Shown here in pieces: positions 27,001-36,410 of a stretch of DNA of 64,000 nt (positions are counted from its first letter, which is position 1; every line of letters begins with the position of its first letter). The stretch comes from Candidatus Latescibacterota bacterium (GTDB lineage: Bacteria > Latescibacterota > UBA2968), in the NCBI GenBank assembly GCA_965222605.1, contig OZ244960.1, forward strand, positions 1,248,001 through 1,312,000. Direction: 5' to 3'. The notes under the pieces are model-generated. The model ran no database searches. It saw nothing but the letters and a program-made list of their open reading frames with translations, and was not told the DNA's origin. The position numbers and the translations under genes were made by a program.

Positions 27001-29704
27001 TCACATCGGTCAAGGTGATCGTCACATCTATGCTTGCACGCCCACCTTGACCATCCGCCACACGCACCACCACTGAATAGCTATCTTTCACCTCATAGTT
27101 ATACGTCACACCGTCCGTCGTCTGAAGCTGCCCACTCGTTGAAACAATGGCAAAACTCGCTGCATCAGCCCCTTCCAGGCTATAGGTCAATGTCCCACCG
27201 TCACTGTCTGTCGCAACTACCGCGTCCCCTATATTCTCCCCCGCCACCGTGTTCTCAGCAAAACTGCGCGCTAGATCGACCTCGCTGAATATCGGAACCT
27301 GATTGGCCGATTTCACCTCTATGGAGAATATGAGTTCGGCACTGTTCCCGGCGCCATCCCTCGCTTGCCATTTATATTCCCTTGCCTCTGTTGCAACCCT
27401 CGGCGTGCCGCTAATCGTACGGGTTCCTACATCTATGATCAGACCATCAGGCAATGCCGGCGTGAGGGTATAGCCAATCGCAACATAGCCACCCGTCGCT
27501 TCGGGCAGTTGGAGATCGGTAATCTGTGTCCCTACTGTGTAAGTCTGATCCGGTAATGTCGCACCATCAAAACTCAGTTTCACATCCGCCTTGTTCACCG
27601 TCACTGCAATAGTCTGCTCGGCAGTCTGATTCGAGCCTGCTACATCTCGCGCAATCACTGTAATCGTCGCCGTGCCCTCAGCCACAGGTGTGATCGTCAC
27701 TACAGAACCCGACACATCCACCTTTGCAATGGCGTCATCACTCGACGCTGCCACGTATGTCAAATCATCGCCATCAGGATCAGAAAACCTGGCCGATACA
27801 TCTATTTTCAAGGCTTCGTCACCCATCTTCAGCGTCTGTGCCGCAAACCTTCCCACCGCCACAGGTGCGCGGTTGACACGCACGCCGCCAACCCCAAAGA
27901 GAGAGAACATATCGGTATAACCGCAGACCTCATCACCAGCCACACGCTGCCGCTCAAGCATTTCCCAGGCACTCTCGTAATGGACAATGACAGGATCAGA
28001 AATATTCTCAGGCACAGTCAGACAAATCTCCACAGATGCTTGCAACGCATCGCCGATATCAACATCCTGGTTATCGACCTGAGCCTTCAGGTCTATATCA
28101 AAAAGGGATGAACTGGCAGGAATGGCAAAACCCGCCTGAGCAGATACATCCGGGGCATCGGAAACCGCTATCTTGCCGACTTCTGCGAAGACGCCCTCGA
28201 TCTCCTCATGCGGGATACTAACAGGAAGAGCGGCGCGAGTGACAATGATTCTGCCCCCTTCACCTGTAAAAGGAGACAGGTCAATAACCGCATATGCTCT
28301 ATCGCCCTCACCCTGAAATTGTGCAAGCTTCGGTTCCTCTTTAGGTGGCTCATAGACCGGCGTACCCGAAACAGGCTCAGACCAATCGCTTGCGCCATCA
28401 CTGTTCCATGTGCGAACACGAACCTGATACAATTGACCATTGATCAAGTAGGGATCGTGATAACGAGGAACTTTTAACTCATGATAATAAACAGAGGTAT
28501 TGGTACGACCATAGATAGTCTTTCGATCCCCCCAGATGCCGTCTTCACCCTTGCGAATCTCGGCATGATACCCCCTTACTGGCGGTCTCCCACGCTCATC
28601 AGGCACCGTAGCGTAGTGGACGGTGAGGGACTCGTTGGCCGGAATAACCAGAAAATTCGACGGCGGTGAAGAGGGCGGTTCTTTCAAATCGTTAATTTTG
28701 ATGATCACCAAAAGGCGCGCTGTCCCCCCCTGACCATCGCTCACCTCAACAATCACGGAGTAGGTCGTCCGATATTCATAGTCATACGTGATGTCTTCCC
28801 GCGTCTGAAGCTGACCCGTGCGTGTGTCAATGGCAAAAAGATCGACATCCGTACCGCTGAGGTGGTAGGTCACAATATCGCCGTCAGCATCGGTCGCAGA
28901 GATAGGACTACCTATCAGTTCACTCCCCGGCGTGTTCTCATCTATAAAGTGTGTCACATAAGTCTCTGACGTGAAGACCGGTGCGTGATTTATCCATTTG
29001 CCATAGCTCTTGATAAAAATCAAGAAATCGTCTAACCCAATCTCACCATTCCCATTCAGGTCGTATTTTGCCTCATACTGCTCTTGACCTTCTTGATAGC
29101 CATACAACCCGATCAACAAAGAAAAGTCTTGAAAATCCACAAACCCACTCCCATCAAAATCCGGGGAAGGTGCTACAGCGACCTGTAGCACGACACGTAT
29201 GTTCAACATCACACTTTCAACTTGCCCACTGCGGCTAAGTTCGGCACGCACCAATAGAATCTCGGTCTGTGAAAAGGCATCTGTCGTGCGAAAGCGAATC
29301 GTGCCAACAAGACCGCTGTTGACCGTTGCAGACCCACTCAAAGAAGCTATGTTGATCTGCACAGAGCTTGGATTTGTACCCTCTGATACCCTCATATCAG
29401 GATTGGGCAATACATCACCTGCATCAAAATCCGTGTAAACAACCTGAGTGACATCGTATTCAAAACGTGCGGAAAGACCGCTCGCATTTTGAATATCTGT
29501 GCCAAAAATCTGAATGGAAACATCTTGATTGGGGGATACATCGAGAGAGTGGATACCCTGATCACCTTCAGAACCATCCAAACTTAGAGAAAGGGAAAAA
29601 CTGCTCGTCTGTGTGGATACAGACCACGGAGACATCAAGAGCATATAGCCCAGTAGGCTGGTAATACCAAGCGCGAAAGAGAGCGATTTAACCTGGAGTG
29701 TCAT
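25883..29704 (-). CDS. Giant surface protein, N-terminal part: signal peptide, cohesin-like, dockerin/EF-hand-like, cadherin, FN3 and Ig-like domains
   Basis: Hydrophobic N-terminus; DFDGSGFVDFQDF...YDLNGNGEIGLDDF; ends in a repeat unit cut by a 7-bp deletion at 25900/25901. Confidence 0.88.
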   Translation of the reverse strand: MTLQVKSLSFALGITSLLGYMLLMSPWSVSTQTSSFSLSLSLDGSEGDQGIHSLDVSPNQDVSIQIFGTDIQNASGLSARFEYDVTQVVYTDFDAGDVLPNPDMRVSEGTNPSSVQINIASLSGSATVNSGLVGTIRFRTTDAFSQTEILLVRAELSRSGQVESVMLNIRVVLQVAVAPSPDFDGSGFVDFQDFSLLIGLYGYQEGQEQYEAKYDLNGNGEIGLDDFLIFIKSYGKWINHAPVFTSETYVTHFIDENTPGSELIGSPISATDADGDIVTYHLSGTDVDLFAIDTRTGQLQTREDITYDYEYRTTYSVIVEVSDGQGGTARLLVIIKINDLKEPPSSPPSNFLVIPANESLTVHYATVPDERGRPPVRGYHAEIRKGEDGIWGDRKTIYGRTNTSVYYHELKVPRYHDPYLINGQLYQVRVRTWNSDGASDWSEPVSGTPVYEPPKEEPKLAQFQGEGDRAYAVIDLSPFTGEGGRIIVTRAALPVSIPHEEIEGVFAEVGKIAVSDAPDVSAQAGFAIPASSSLFDIDLKAQVDNQDVDIGDALQASVEICLTVPENISDPVIVHYESAWEMLERQRVAGDEVCGYTDMFSLFGVGGVRVNRAPVAVGRFAAQTLKMGDEALKIDVSARFSDPDGDDLTYVAASSDDAIAKVDVSGSVVTITPVAEGTATITVIARDVAGSNQTAEQTIAVTVNKADVKLSFDGATLPDQTYTVGTQITDLQLPEATGGYVAIGYTLTPALPDGLIIDVGTRTISGTPRVATEAREYKWQARDGAGNSAELIFSIEVKSANQVPIFSEVDLARSFAENTVAGENIGDAVVATDSDGGTLTYSLEGADAASFAIVSTSGQLQTTDGVTYNYEVKDSYSVVVRVADGQGGRASIDVTITLTDVTEVPGQPAVPTVSASTLNSLTISWTAPTNTGPAITAYDVQYRVGNSGDFTSWPHDGTGLSATITGLEQNTGYEIQVRAKNDEGTGVWSSSVMGTTQQNQAPVFTNVSAISVSENSTGDIGTVTATDGDSDDSIEGYGIVNDADGSQFEIGDQTGVLTFKVAPNYEAPADVEVTDPANAANNNEYIVVVEATSGVGDRELTATQTLTVTVTDETEVPGTPATPTIAEATVNSLKIDWTAPTNTGPNISAYDVRYILTSADENVDANWTEVEDAWTSGSLEYTIGSLSQNTSYDVQVRAENDEGTSGWSDTVVGVTQANVAPVISSTSTISVSENSTADVVTVTAADSDTDDNITGYEITGGADESQFETRPVR

Positions 29705-29820
29705 CTATCGATATCTTCAAAGAAGGGCTACTTGTAATGAGCACGATGTGGTTTACGTTGTGCATTTGGATCGAACGGGATTTGTCTGGGGTTGTTTGGC
29801 AGAACCTGTGAGACTTCGAT

Positions 29821-29860
29821 AAGACAATCGTTTGTAGTCAATTATACAAACGACTGTCTT
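29821..29860. promoter_or_regulatory. Pair of inverted LacI-like operator sites upstream of the giant gene
   Basis: AAGACAATCGTTTGT (29821-29835) and ACAAACGACTGTCTT (29846-29860); each near-palindromic around a central CG. Confidence 0.5.
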
Positions 29861-29943
29861 AGATCAAAATATATATATAGGAACGTCAGGTGTGTCTTTC
29901 TCAATAGTGTGACTCCTGATGAATGAGGCAAATAGTGCGCTAC

Positions 29944-29983
29944 AAATAAGAAAAACCGAGTGCCATCACCTATGACACCCGGT
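29944..29983 (-). terminator. Intrinsic terminator in the giant gene leader
   Basis: Minus strand ACCGGGTGTCAT-AGGTG-ATGGCACTCGGT (12 bp, 2 G-U pairs valid only on this strand) followed by TTTTCTTATTT. Confidence 0.8.
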
Positions 29984-30148
29984 TGATTCATTGTTTATGC
30001 CGGTCAAATGCCACAGGCTGTTAGACTCTCTCTATAGCTCAGATTGAGTTCGGTCCTTTCGGAAACCGAAACCATAGCATTTAACCGGCTGGAAATAGAT
30101 CAAATTATACCTGGTTCTTTCCAGCCGGAGCTATAAATAGAGTCTAAC
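29944..30148 (-). ncRNA. Structured RNA: candidate riboswitch/attenuator or sRNA, family not recognised
   Basis: Starts 6 nt after a -10 box; closing stem plus two internal hairpins (one GAAA-capped), an alternative 18-bp helix, then a terminator. Confidence 0.6.
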
Positions 30149-30154
30149 GATCTT

Positions 30155-30183
30155 ATATTACAAAATTTAAATAACGTTTGCAA
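30155..30183 (-). promoter_or_regulatory. Sigma70-type promoter driving the structured RNA / giant gene leader
   Basis: TTGCAA (30183-30178), 17 nt spacer, TAATAT (30160-30155). Confidence 0.7.
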
Positions 30184-30214
30184 GAGGAAAATTACCCATA
30201 AGACAAATTGCCCT

Positions 30215-30245
30215 AAAAAAATACCCGGCGAGAACCGGGTATTTT
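30215..30245 (-). terminator. Intrinsic terminator after the YesU-like gene
   Basis: AAAATACCCGG-loop-CCGGGTATTTTTTT on the minus strand. Confidence 0.8.
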
Positions 30246-30271
30246 AGCACGTAAAAATAGTCTGTAAGTCT

Positions 30272-31123
30272 TTATACCTGAGCACTGACCTCACACACCT
30301 TCAAATTCGCATATTCGCCAATCAAAGGTGCCATCTGTCGAAAACCAATCTTGCCACCGCCCAGCAAAGGTCCATACGTCTGACCATCATCAACCCAGTG
30401 GAAAATCTTCAAATCGCGAATATAAAAAACAACCTCTGATCCGCATTTGATCAGCGTAATCGGGTATGGCGGTCTGGCATCGTCAACTGAAGGTAGAGGA
30501 TCGGCACCTTGACAGACCATGTGAAAACCATAACTCTTGCGCAAATTGCAAACCTGAAAAGCGCGTTCCTTGAGAGCCTTTCGCCGAAAATAAGACACGT
30601 GCAACGCATTGATATCGCTGCTGTGATACTGCTTGTATTCGCCAGCCCGCGGCGCCAATGACGAATCAAACACATCTTCACCCCCTCGCCCCAAAGCAGA
30701 AAAAAACAAAATGCACAACCCCGGCTCGCGCACCGGCCAAAAATCCCACGTCACGGCAATATCCGCTGGAAAATCTTCAGGACACCAGAAAACAAAATTT
30801 GCCGCCTGCCCTTCCCCGGGATCGCGGCGGTTCTCCATTCGCATGCGACCATTTGGAAAAGTGATTGCAGCATCTCCCTCCATCCGAAACCCTTCAATAT
30901 CTGACGCTGAAGACAGGGGATTGTCGTAAAGCAATTCGCCAAATTCAAAATTATCCATAACACCACTCCTGATGCGTTGACGTATTGGGTTCTTCGCCGC
31001 ATGAACAGCCTGCCTCAAAAACAGCGGCGCACTGCCAAAAGATACAGAAAACAATACCATATTGCTGCATTTTATAAACGCCCTGCGCGTCCATTCCATC
31101 ATTTTATCTCTCGTGTTATTCAA
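30272..31123 (-). CDS. YesU/DUF1961 family protein with an in-frame Tat-like leader; alternative start at 30958
   Basis: LYDNPLS...FRMEG, NFVFWCPEDFP, ALHVSYFRR, CNLRKS, GGKIGFRQMAP; TRRAFIK leader; AGGAG RBS before ATG 30958. Confidence 0.8.
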   Translation of the reverse strand: MNNTRDKMMEWTRRAFIKCSNMVLFSVSFGSAPLFLRQAVHAAKNPIRQRIRSGVMDNFEFGELLYDNPLSSASDIEGFRMEGDAAITFPNGRMRMENRRDPGEGQAANFVFWCPEDFPADIAVTWDFWPVREPGLCILFFSALGRGGEDVFDSSLAPRAGEYKQYHSSDINALHVSYFRRKALKERAFQVCNLRKSYGFHMVCQGADPLPSVDDARPPYPITLIKCGSEVVFYIRDLKIFHWVDDGQTYGPLLGGGKIGFRQMAPLIGEYANLKVCEVSAQV

Positions 31124-31126
31124 ATA

Positions 31127-32818
31127 TCACTTTGGAAGTGGGGTCTTGCGAAGCGTTTCCCATTCTTTGTGCAGCGTATTTAGCCAGATAGGCAGCTTTC
31201 CAAGACGCAAAGCGAGTTGGGCCTCGAAAAGAGATTTCGGCTCAACTGGACTACCGTTGGATTCGAGAACCTCAAGCGTATTTTCATTGAAGGTGACGGG
31301 ATTGCCGTGAAATCCCACAACAATCGGATGCAAAAATCGAAGATACCCCTGCCAAAAATCGTAGCGCGTATCATCCCCCCCGTGATTGAAATTCCAAAAC
31401 ACAAGATGCCTGAGATGGTGTGGCTGAACGCCGGCACCGCTGCTGCCATATAGCCTGCCGTTATTCACGCGATCGTACAAATTGGCATAGCTCGGTTTGG
31501 TCTTATGGATATCGAGCGACTGTTTGGAACCCATATCAAAGCGATAAACCACATTGCCGGTCGTGCTATGGCTCATGCCCACGCCATGGAGTTGATTTGC
31601 CAGGTCTTCCGAAAGTCCAACCCATATCCCGTAACTGCCCTGACTCTTAATCGCATAATGCCCCTTATTGCCCGCCACCGTGACTTGATAAACGGACACG
31701 GCTGCACTGCTGAGTATGTCAAGAGCACAACTGATATTAATGAAAGAGATGCGCCGAACCCATGAATTAACGCATCGGTTAAATTCGATCAAACTATAGC
31801 CCCCATCGTGGATGGCATTTTTGTGATGGACAAATTCCTCCAGGAACGAGCCGTGAAAGCTAATGTCTTCAACACCGACTTCCTCGAGATGCGGATAGAC
31901 GCGCACACGCCATTTATGCGCGGGATTGACATGCGCGTGCAGGGGTTCATTGAGACGAATTCGGTTGCCCTGAATTTCGGCAATACGGTGTTCTTCATCT
32001 ATAGTAATCCCTTCGTCGAAAAGTTTTTTCCAGCGTCTTTCGGGCGAACGCGGGGCAAGAAACTCATCAATAGCCTCAGGACCCCTCATATAGACCTTGA
32101 TCCACTGACCAACTTCAAGCCTGGAAGCATCTGCCACTGTAATCCAAAAAGTTTCTCTATCTGCACTTTCTGTAATGCGCGTTATATTTGGGGAGCGTGT
32201 CTTACTGGGTTTAAAAATGAACATATAGGGCGTTGAAAACAGTTGATTGGGATTTTTTGGAGGCAGATGATTAACCTGTCGAATGACCGTACCTCCCCTT
32301 CGGCTACCGCTGCCTCTCAGAACAATATGGCTGCTATGGATGTAGATAGGCTCATTATTATCAGCATCGGTATTAACGAGAATTTCACCCGGCGGAAAGA
32401 AGATAACACCGCTTCCATTGGCCTCTGCTGCTGCAATAGCTGCCTGGATAGCCTTCTGATCAGACAGAGCATCATTGGGTATCGCACCATACTTTGTGAC
32501 ATCGAAAATGGGATGCGCGACATCGGGCACTGGCTCGCTGAAGTAGTGATATCCCGCGTAGGAAAAATCGGGCAAAATGGGTTCTGTCCCATTCTCTTTG
32601 GCCTCCACAAACTGTTGATAAGTAGTCGAGATGCGTGAAGGACGAGCATTGATTTCCGCTGGAATATTGCCTTTGTGGTCATTCTCTACTTTTACATCAG
32701 AGGTGACAGTTCGATCGCCTTCAGAACCATTCAGGTTCAGAGATGGTTGAATCAATACAGCTATAATTGCAAAAGTCAAAACATGTGCGAAACGCACGCG
32801 ATGTAGCAACTCGGGCAT
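31127..32818 (-). CDS. Secreted DUF4955-like / Pectate_lyase_3-type beta-helix protein (putative glycan lyase or hydrolase)
   Basis: Signal-like N-terminus; LPDFSYAGYH, DVTKYGAIPND, AIQAAI...IFFPPG, FVHHKNAIHDGG, VEPKSLFEAQL. Confidence 0.75.
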   Translation of the reverse strand: MPELLHRVRFAHVLTFAIIAVLIQPSLNLNGSEGDRTVTSDVKVENDHKGNIPAEINARPSRISTTYQQFVEAKENGTEPILPDFSYAGYHYFSEPVPDVAHPIFDVTKYGAIPNDALSDQKAIQAAIAAAEANGSGVIFFPPGEILVNTDADNNEPIYIHSSHIVLRGSGSRRGGTVIRQVNHLPPKNPNQLFSTPYMFIFKPSKTRSPNITRITESADRETFWITVADASRLEVGQWIKVYMRGPEAIDEFLAPRSPERRWKKLFDEGITIDEEHRIAEIQGNRIRLNEPLHAHVNPAHKWRVRVYPHLEEVGVEDISFHGSFLEEFVHHKNAIHDGGYSLIEFNRCVNSWVRRISFINISCALDILSSAAVSVYQVTVAGNKGHYAIKSQGSYGIWVGLSEDLANQLHGVGMSHSTTGNVVYRFDMGSKQSLDIHKTKPSYANLYDRVNNGRLYGSSGAGVQPHHLRHLVFWNFNHGGDDTRYDFWQGYLRFLHPIVVGFHGNPVTFNENTLEVLESNGSPVEPKSLFEAQLALRLGKLPIWLNTLHKEWETLRKTPLPK

Positions 32819-32833
32819 CTTGTACTCCTCTTA

Positions 32834-35800
32834 TTAGGGACGTTCAATACCCATTTTTTTCATTTTGCTATACAGAGTAGAAGGCGGTAATCCCAGCAGA
32901 GTCGCCGCACCCTTTGCTCCCTTTACCCGCCAGTTCGTGTCTTTGAGCACTTCGATGATGTAGCGGCGTTCAAATTCCTCCAAAGGCACGACTCTGTGGT
33001 CTTGATCTAAGATGCTCCTCTCAAGATCGAGAGTTGTATCTTCGATTTGAGAACCGTACAGTCCCAGATCCCGCACTTCAATTTGAGAACCACGACACAC
33101 AATTACGGCTCGCTGTATGACATGCTCCAGTTCTCTCACATTTCCCGGCCAATGGTAGGCTTGTAACGCCTCTATAACCCCTGACGTCAAGGAGCCGATT
33201 TGCTTACCCAAATGCGCTGCCATGCGATTCTTGAAAAATTCGGCCAGGCGCCGTATATCCTTCTTGCGCTCGCGCAAGGCTGGCAGATGAATTGGAAAAA
33301 CCTGGAAGCGATAATAGAGATCCTCGCGGAAAGCTCCCGCGCTGACTATCTCTTTCAGGTCACGATTCGTCGCGGCCACAATGCGCGCCTGTACCTTCAG
33401 CGTCTCGCTGCCCCCAACGCGCTCAAACGTGCGCTCTTCCAGCAAGCGCAACATCCTCGCCTGTGTTTTCGGAGCCATATCCCCGATCTCATCCAAAAAG
33501 AGCGTGCCATCTTTCGCCAGTTCCACCTTGCCCAGCCTGCGGAAAACTGCGCTGGTAAACGCCCCTCTCTCGTGACCAAAAAGTTCACTATCGATCAGCG
33601 ATTCGGGTAAAGCACCGCAGTTGACCTGTATAAAAGGACCATCGCAATGGGCACTCAGTGCGTGTAACACCCGCGCAGCCACCCCTTTGCCCACACCCGT
33701 CTCGCCCAGAATCAGCACCGTCAGATCAGTGGGAGCCACCTCCATGAGTTTGATTTGAAACTGATGCATAGCTGTGCTCTGACCGATAAACTCCTTGCCA
33801 ACGCCATCAGCGCTATTGAGTACGGCGGTCAGTGCGCTGATGTGCGGATCCACCTCTACCGAAAGCCGCGCCTGTGCCATCTCCGAGTAATTGAGATCGC
33901 GATCTATAGCCCTGACCTGGAATGTGTAGTCTCCTGGTAGCAAATCCCGGTAACAGACTCGCATCTCTCGGGTCGCTGGTTGCCAGTCGGAATCATAGCC
34001 CTTCAAGCGATAGACATAGAGCATGTCGCGGGGATGGGTGGAAAAACTCATACCTTTGTACTCGAAAATTACCTGCTGATCCGTCGTAGATACGATGACT
34101 TCCTCTAAATTCTCATAGACCTGATCGGCCATGACCTGGAGCAGCCGAACCATGGGCGGAATGTGCCGCAAGCGGTAGCGTATTATGGCCCCTCCCGCAG
34201 TGCCAAACCAGAAGTCCCCTTTGCGATCTTCGAGTATTTGGAGAATCGATCCTATATGCGGTGACTTGATGGTCTGGAAAAACCGACCATCGTAGTGAGC
34301 CACGCCCCCGTCTGCGCCGAGCCAGAGGTGTCCACGCGAATCCTCGAACAAGCAATGGATGCGGTTGCACGGCAAGCCATCTTTGGTGGTAAAGTTGCGA
34401 AAGACAACACCATCAAAACAACTGAGACCTCTTTGAGTAGCGATCCACAGGTTTCCATGGCGGTCTTCCAGCAGGTCGGTGATCCGGTTGTCTAACAACC
34501 CATCTGCGACAGTATAAAAAGAAATGCCATCTTCTGGATGCCACCGCCCAATGCCCTTGCCACTGCCGAAGGGATTGTAGGTACCTACACTAAACCAGAA
34601 CTCGCGGTTGCGCCTGACGATCAAGGCACTAATGTAATTGCACCAATCTCCTTTTTTTTTGAAAACAGTATGGCACTGCCCGCCCCGGTAGTAAACTATC
34701 TGCAATGGGCTGGCAAAGCGACCTCCTCTTTTTTTAGTCGTGCCATTTTCCCACTTTCCGAAAAGAAGTTGCCCTGCCTGGTCCTCGGCGATTGCGCTGA
34801 CCCCCACCTCACCAAAACTTGCGGTAGTGTCCATTTTTTCAAAGCCCTGTCCATCGTAGCGGAACAGGCCGTTACCGCCTCCAAACCACACATGACCGTC
34901 TCGGTCTTCGTAAATAGCAAAACAACTGTTGAGATCGAGACCCTGTTCTGCGCCAACAAGTTCAAAGTACTCGCCATCGAAGCGCACGAGGCTTTTGGTT
35001 GCGGGCCCCAGAAAAGGATCGGAAAACCCGATCCATATATCTCCGCGTCGATCTTGCCGCATCTGCGATATTTTGCTATCGTCTTCGGGAAAATCTGCGC
35101 TGAAATCGAAAATGCTGATACTATGCGCATCGTAGAGCACCACACCGCCGCCCCATGTGGCAAACCAAAACTGATGCTCGCGATCCTGAAATACGGCGTT
35201 GACAACGGGATGAGGCAGACCATCGGCAGTGGTAAACTTGCAAAAACTGTCACCCTCCTGGTAGAGCACTCCTGCTGAGGTACAGAACCACATCCGACCT
35301 GTACCGTCACTCTGAATTTTGCGTAACTCACCACCCAAATTTACCTCAACAGACTGAAAGGTGCCATCGACATAGCACCAGAGTCCATCTCTGCGTTGAG
35401 ACCGACCGATCCATACCTTGCCGGTATGATCTTTGCCCACAGTATAGCTACTCTGGTCCGGTGGAAAACCCTCATCCTCTTCGTAGCGGTGGAAGGACTC
35501 GCCATCAAAGCGGATGAGGTAGTCAAAGCCAAACCACATGTGACCTTCCATATCCTGGGTAATACCCCAACACTGGTTGGTCCACTGAGGAGAAGGAGGC
35601 TGCTCGTAGTGCTGCAGATAGAGCGGAATCAAATCGTGGAAAGCTGTGCCATCGTAATACCCCAGAGTACTGATACCACCAAACCATATACGGCCCTTAT
35701 TATCTTCGTATATAAATAGCACGGATCGGCCTGCAATGCCGTCGTCCTCCAAATGGTGGAAAACCGCCCCATCGTACCAGCAGACGCCATTCATTGTACC

Positions 35801-36040
35801 GAACCATAGCCGATCCTGGCTATCCAGGTGGATGGCAAAAACTCGGTCACTACACAAACCGTCCTGTTCGGTAAACGTCTCGAACTTGTCCCCATCAAAA
35901 TGGCTGACACCACTATCCCAGGTAGCAATCCAGAGACAACCCTTGTTGTCTTCGGCAATATGTTCGGTGCGCACTCCAGCCAGGCCATTGGCAAGGGAAT
36001 AAGTCCGCCAGGTGCCCTTTCTATCGAGTGACTTGATCAT
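32834..36040 (-). CDS. Sigma54-interacting regulator with N-terminal Reg_prop beta-propeller repeats and Y_Y_Y domain
   Basis: Repeated ED..G.LW(F/I)GT units, [12 protein letters not shown]...GDYTFQVRA, Walker [14 protein letters not shown], Walker [16 protein letters not shown], Fis-type HTH. Confidence 0.9.
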   Translation of the reverse strand: MIKSLDRKGTWRTYSLANGLAGVRTEHIAEDNKGCLWIATWDSGVSHFDGDKFETFTEQDGLCSDRVFAIHLDSQDRLWFGTMNGVCWYDGAVFHHLEDDGIAGRSVLFIYEDNKGRIWFGGISTLGYYDGTAFHDLIPLYLQHYEQPPSPQWTNQCWGITQDMEGHMWFGFDYLIRFDGESFHRYEEDEGFPPDQSSYTVGKDHTGKVWIGRSQRRDGLWCYVDGTFQSVEVNLGGELRKIQSDGTGRMWFCTSAGVLYQEGDSFCKFTTADGLPHPVVNAVFQDREHQFWFATWGGGVVLYDAHSISIFDFSADFPEDDSKISQMRQDRRGDIWIGFSDPFLGPATKSLVRFDGEYFELVGAEQGLDLNSCFAIYEDRDGHVWFGGGNGLFRYDGQGFEKMDTTASFGEVGVSAIAEDQAGQLLFGKWENGTTKKRGGRFASPLQIVYYRGGQCHTVFKKKGDWCNYISALIVRRNREFWFSVGTYNPFGSGKGIGRWHPEDGISFYTVADGLLDNRITDLLEDRHGNLWIATQRGLSCFDGVVFRNFTTKDGLPCNRIHCLFEDSRGHLWLGADGGVAHYDGRFFQTIKSPHIGSILQILEDRKGDFWFGTAGGAIIRYRLRHIPPMVRLLQVMADQVYENLEEVIVSTTDQQVIFEYKGMSFSTHPRDMLYVYRLKGYDSDWQPATREMRVCYRDLLPGDYTFQVRAIDRDLNYSEMAQARLSVEVDPHISALTAVLNSADGVGKEFIGQSTAMHQFQIKLMEVAPTDLTVLILGETGVGKGVAARVLHALSAHCDGPFIQVNCGALPESLIDSELFGHERGAFTSAVFRRLGKVELAKDGTLFLDEIGDMAPKTQARMLRLLEERTFERVGGSETLKVQARIVAATNRDLKEIVSAGAFREDLYYRFQVFPIHLPALRERKKDIRRLAEFFKNRMAAHLGKQIGSLTSGVIEALQAYHWPGNVRELEHVIQRAVIVCRGSQIEVRDLGLYGSQIEDTTLDLERSILDQDHRVVPLEEFERRYIIEVLKDTNWRVKGAKGAATLLGLPPSTLYSKMKKMGIERP

Positions 36041-36284
36041 GGCAAAGAAACCTCATGATATGGGTGAAAGAAAACCGGATAGATGTCACTACTCCTCCCA
36101 ACAAATATCACGCAACGTCCCAGCCAGAATATTTTATCCAGGTCAGTAAATTCTGTCCCCAGGGTGATAGGTAGCCCTATTATTTTTGACGCTTTACTTC
36201 TCTAATGGTTCGCACACTTTTGATAGATTTCCAATTAGGCGATTGTACTTATAAAACGTTACTTTTAATCAAGATATAACTTTC

Positions 36285-36360
36285 AAAAAATAAAGAAGCC
36301 AGATTGAATTATATTTTAATGAACGACATATCGTCCATTAACAGTCAATCTGGCTTCTTT
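36285..36360 (-). terminator. Long hairpin / terminator after the aminotransferase
   Basis: Perfect 16-bp IR AAAGAAGCCAGATTGA / TCAATCTGGCTTCTTT with an inner stem, followed by ATTTTTT on the minus strand. Confidence 0.65.
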
Positions 36361-36410
36361 GAGCCTGCTTATACTGGGTTTTATAATAAAAGTCTCTATA
36401 CCGTCCGTGT

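Noticed and set aside
29928-29943. Sigma54 promoter (TAGCGC-N5-TTGC, minus strand) for the giant gene
   Set aside because: Lacks the invariant GG at -24
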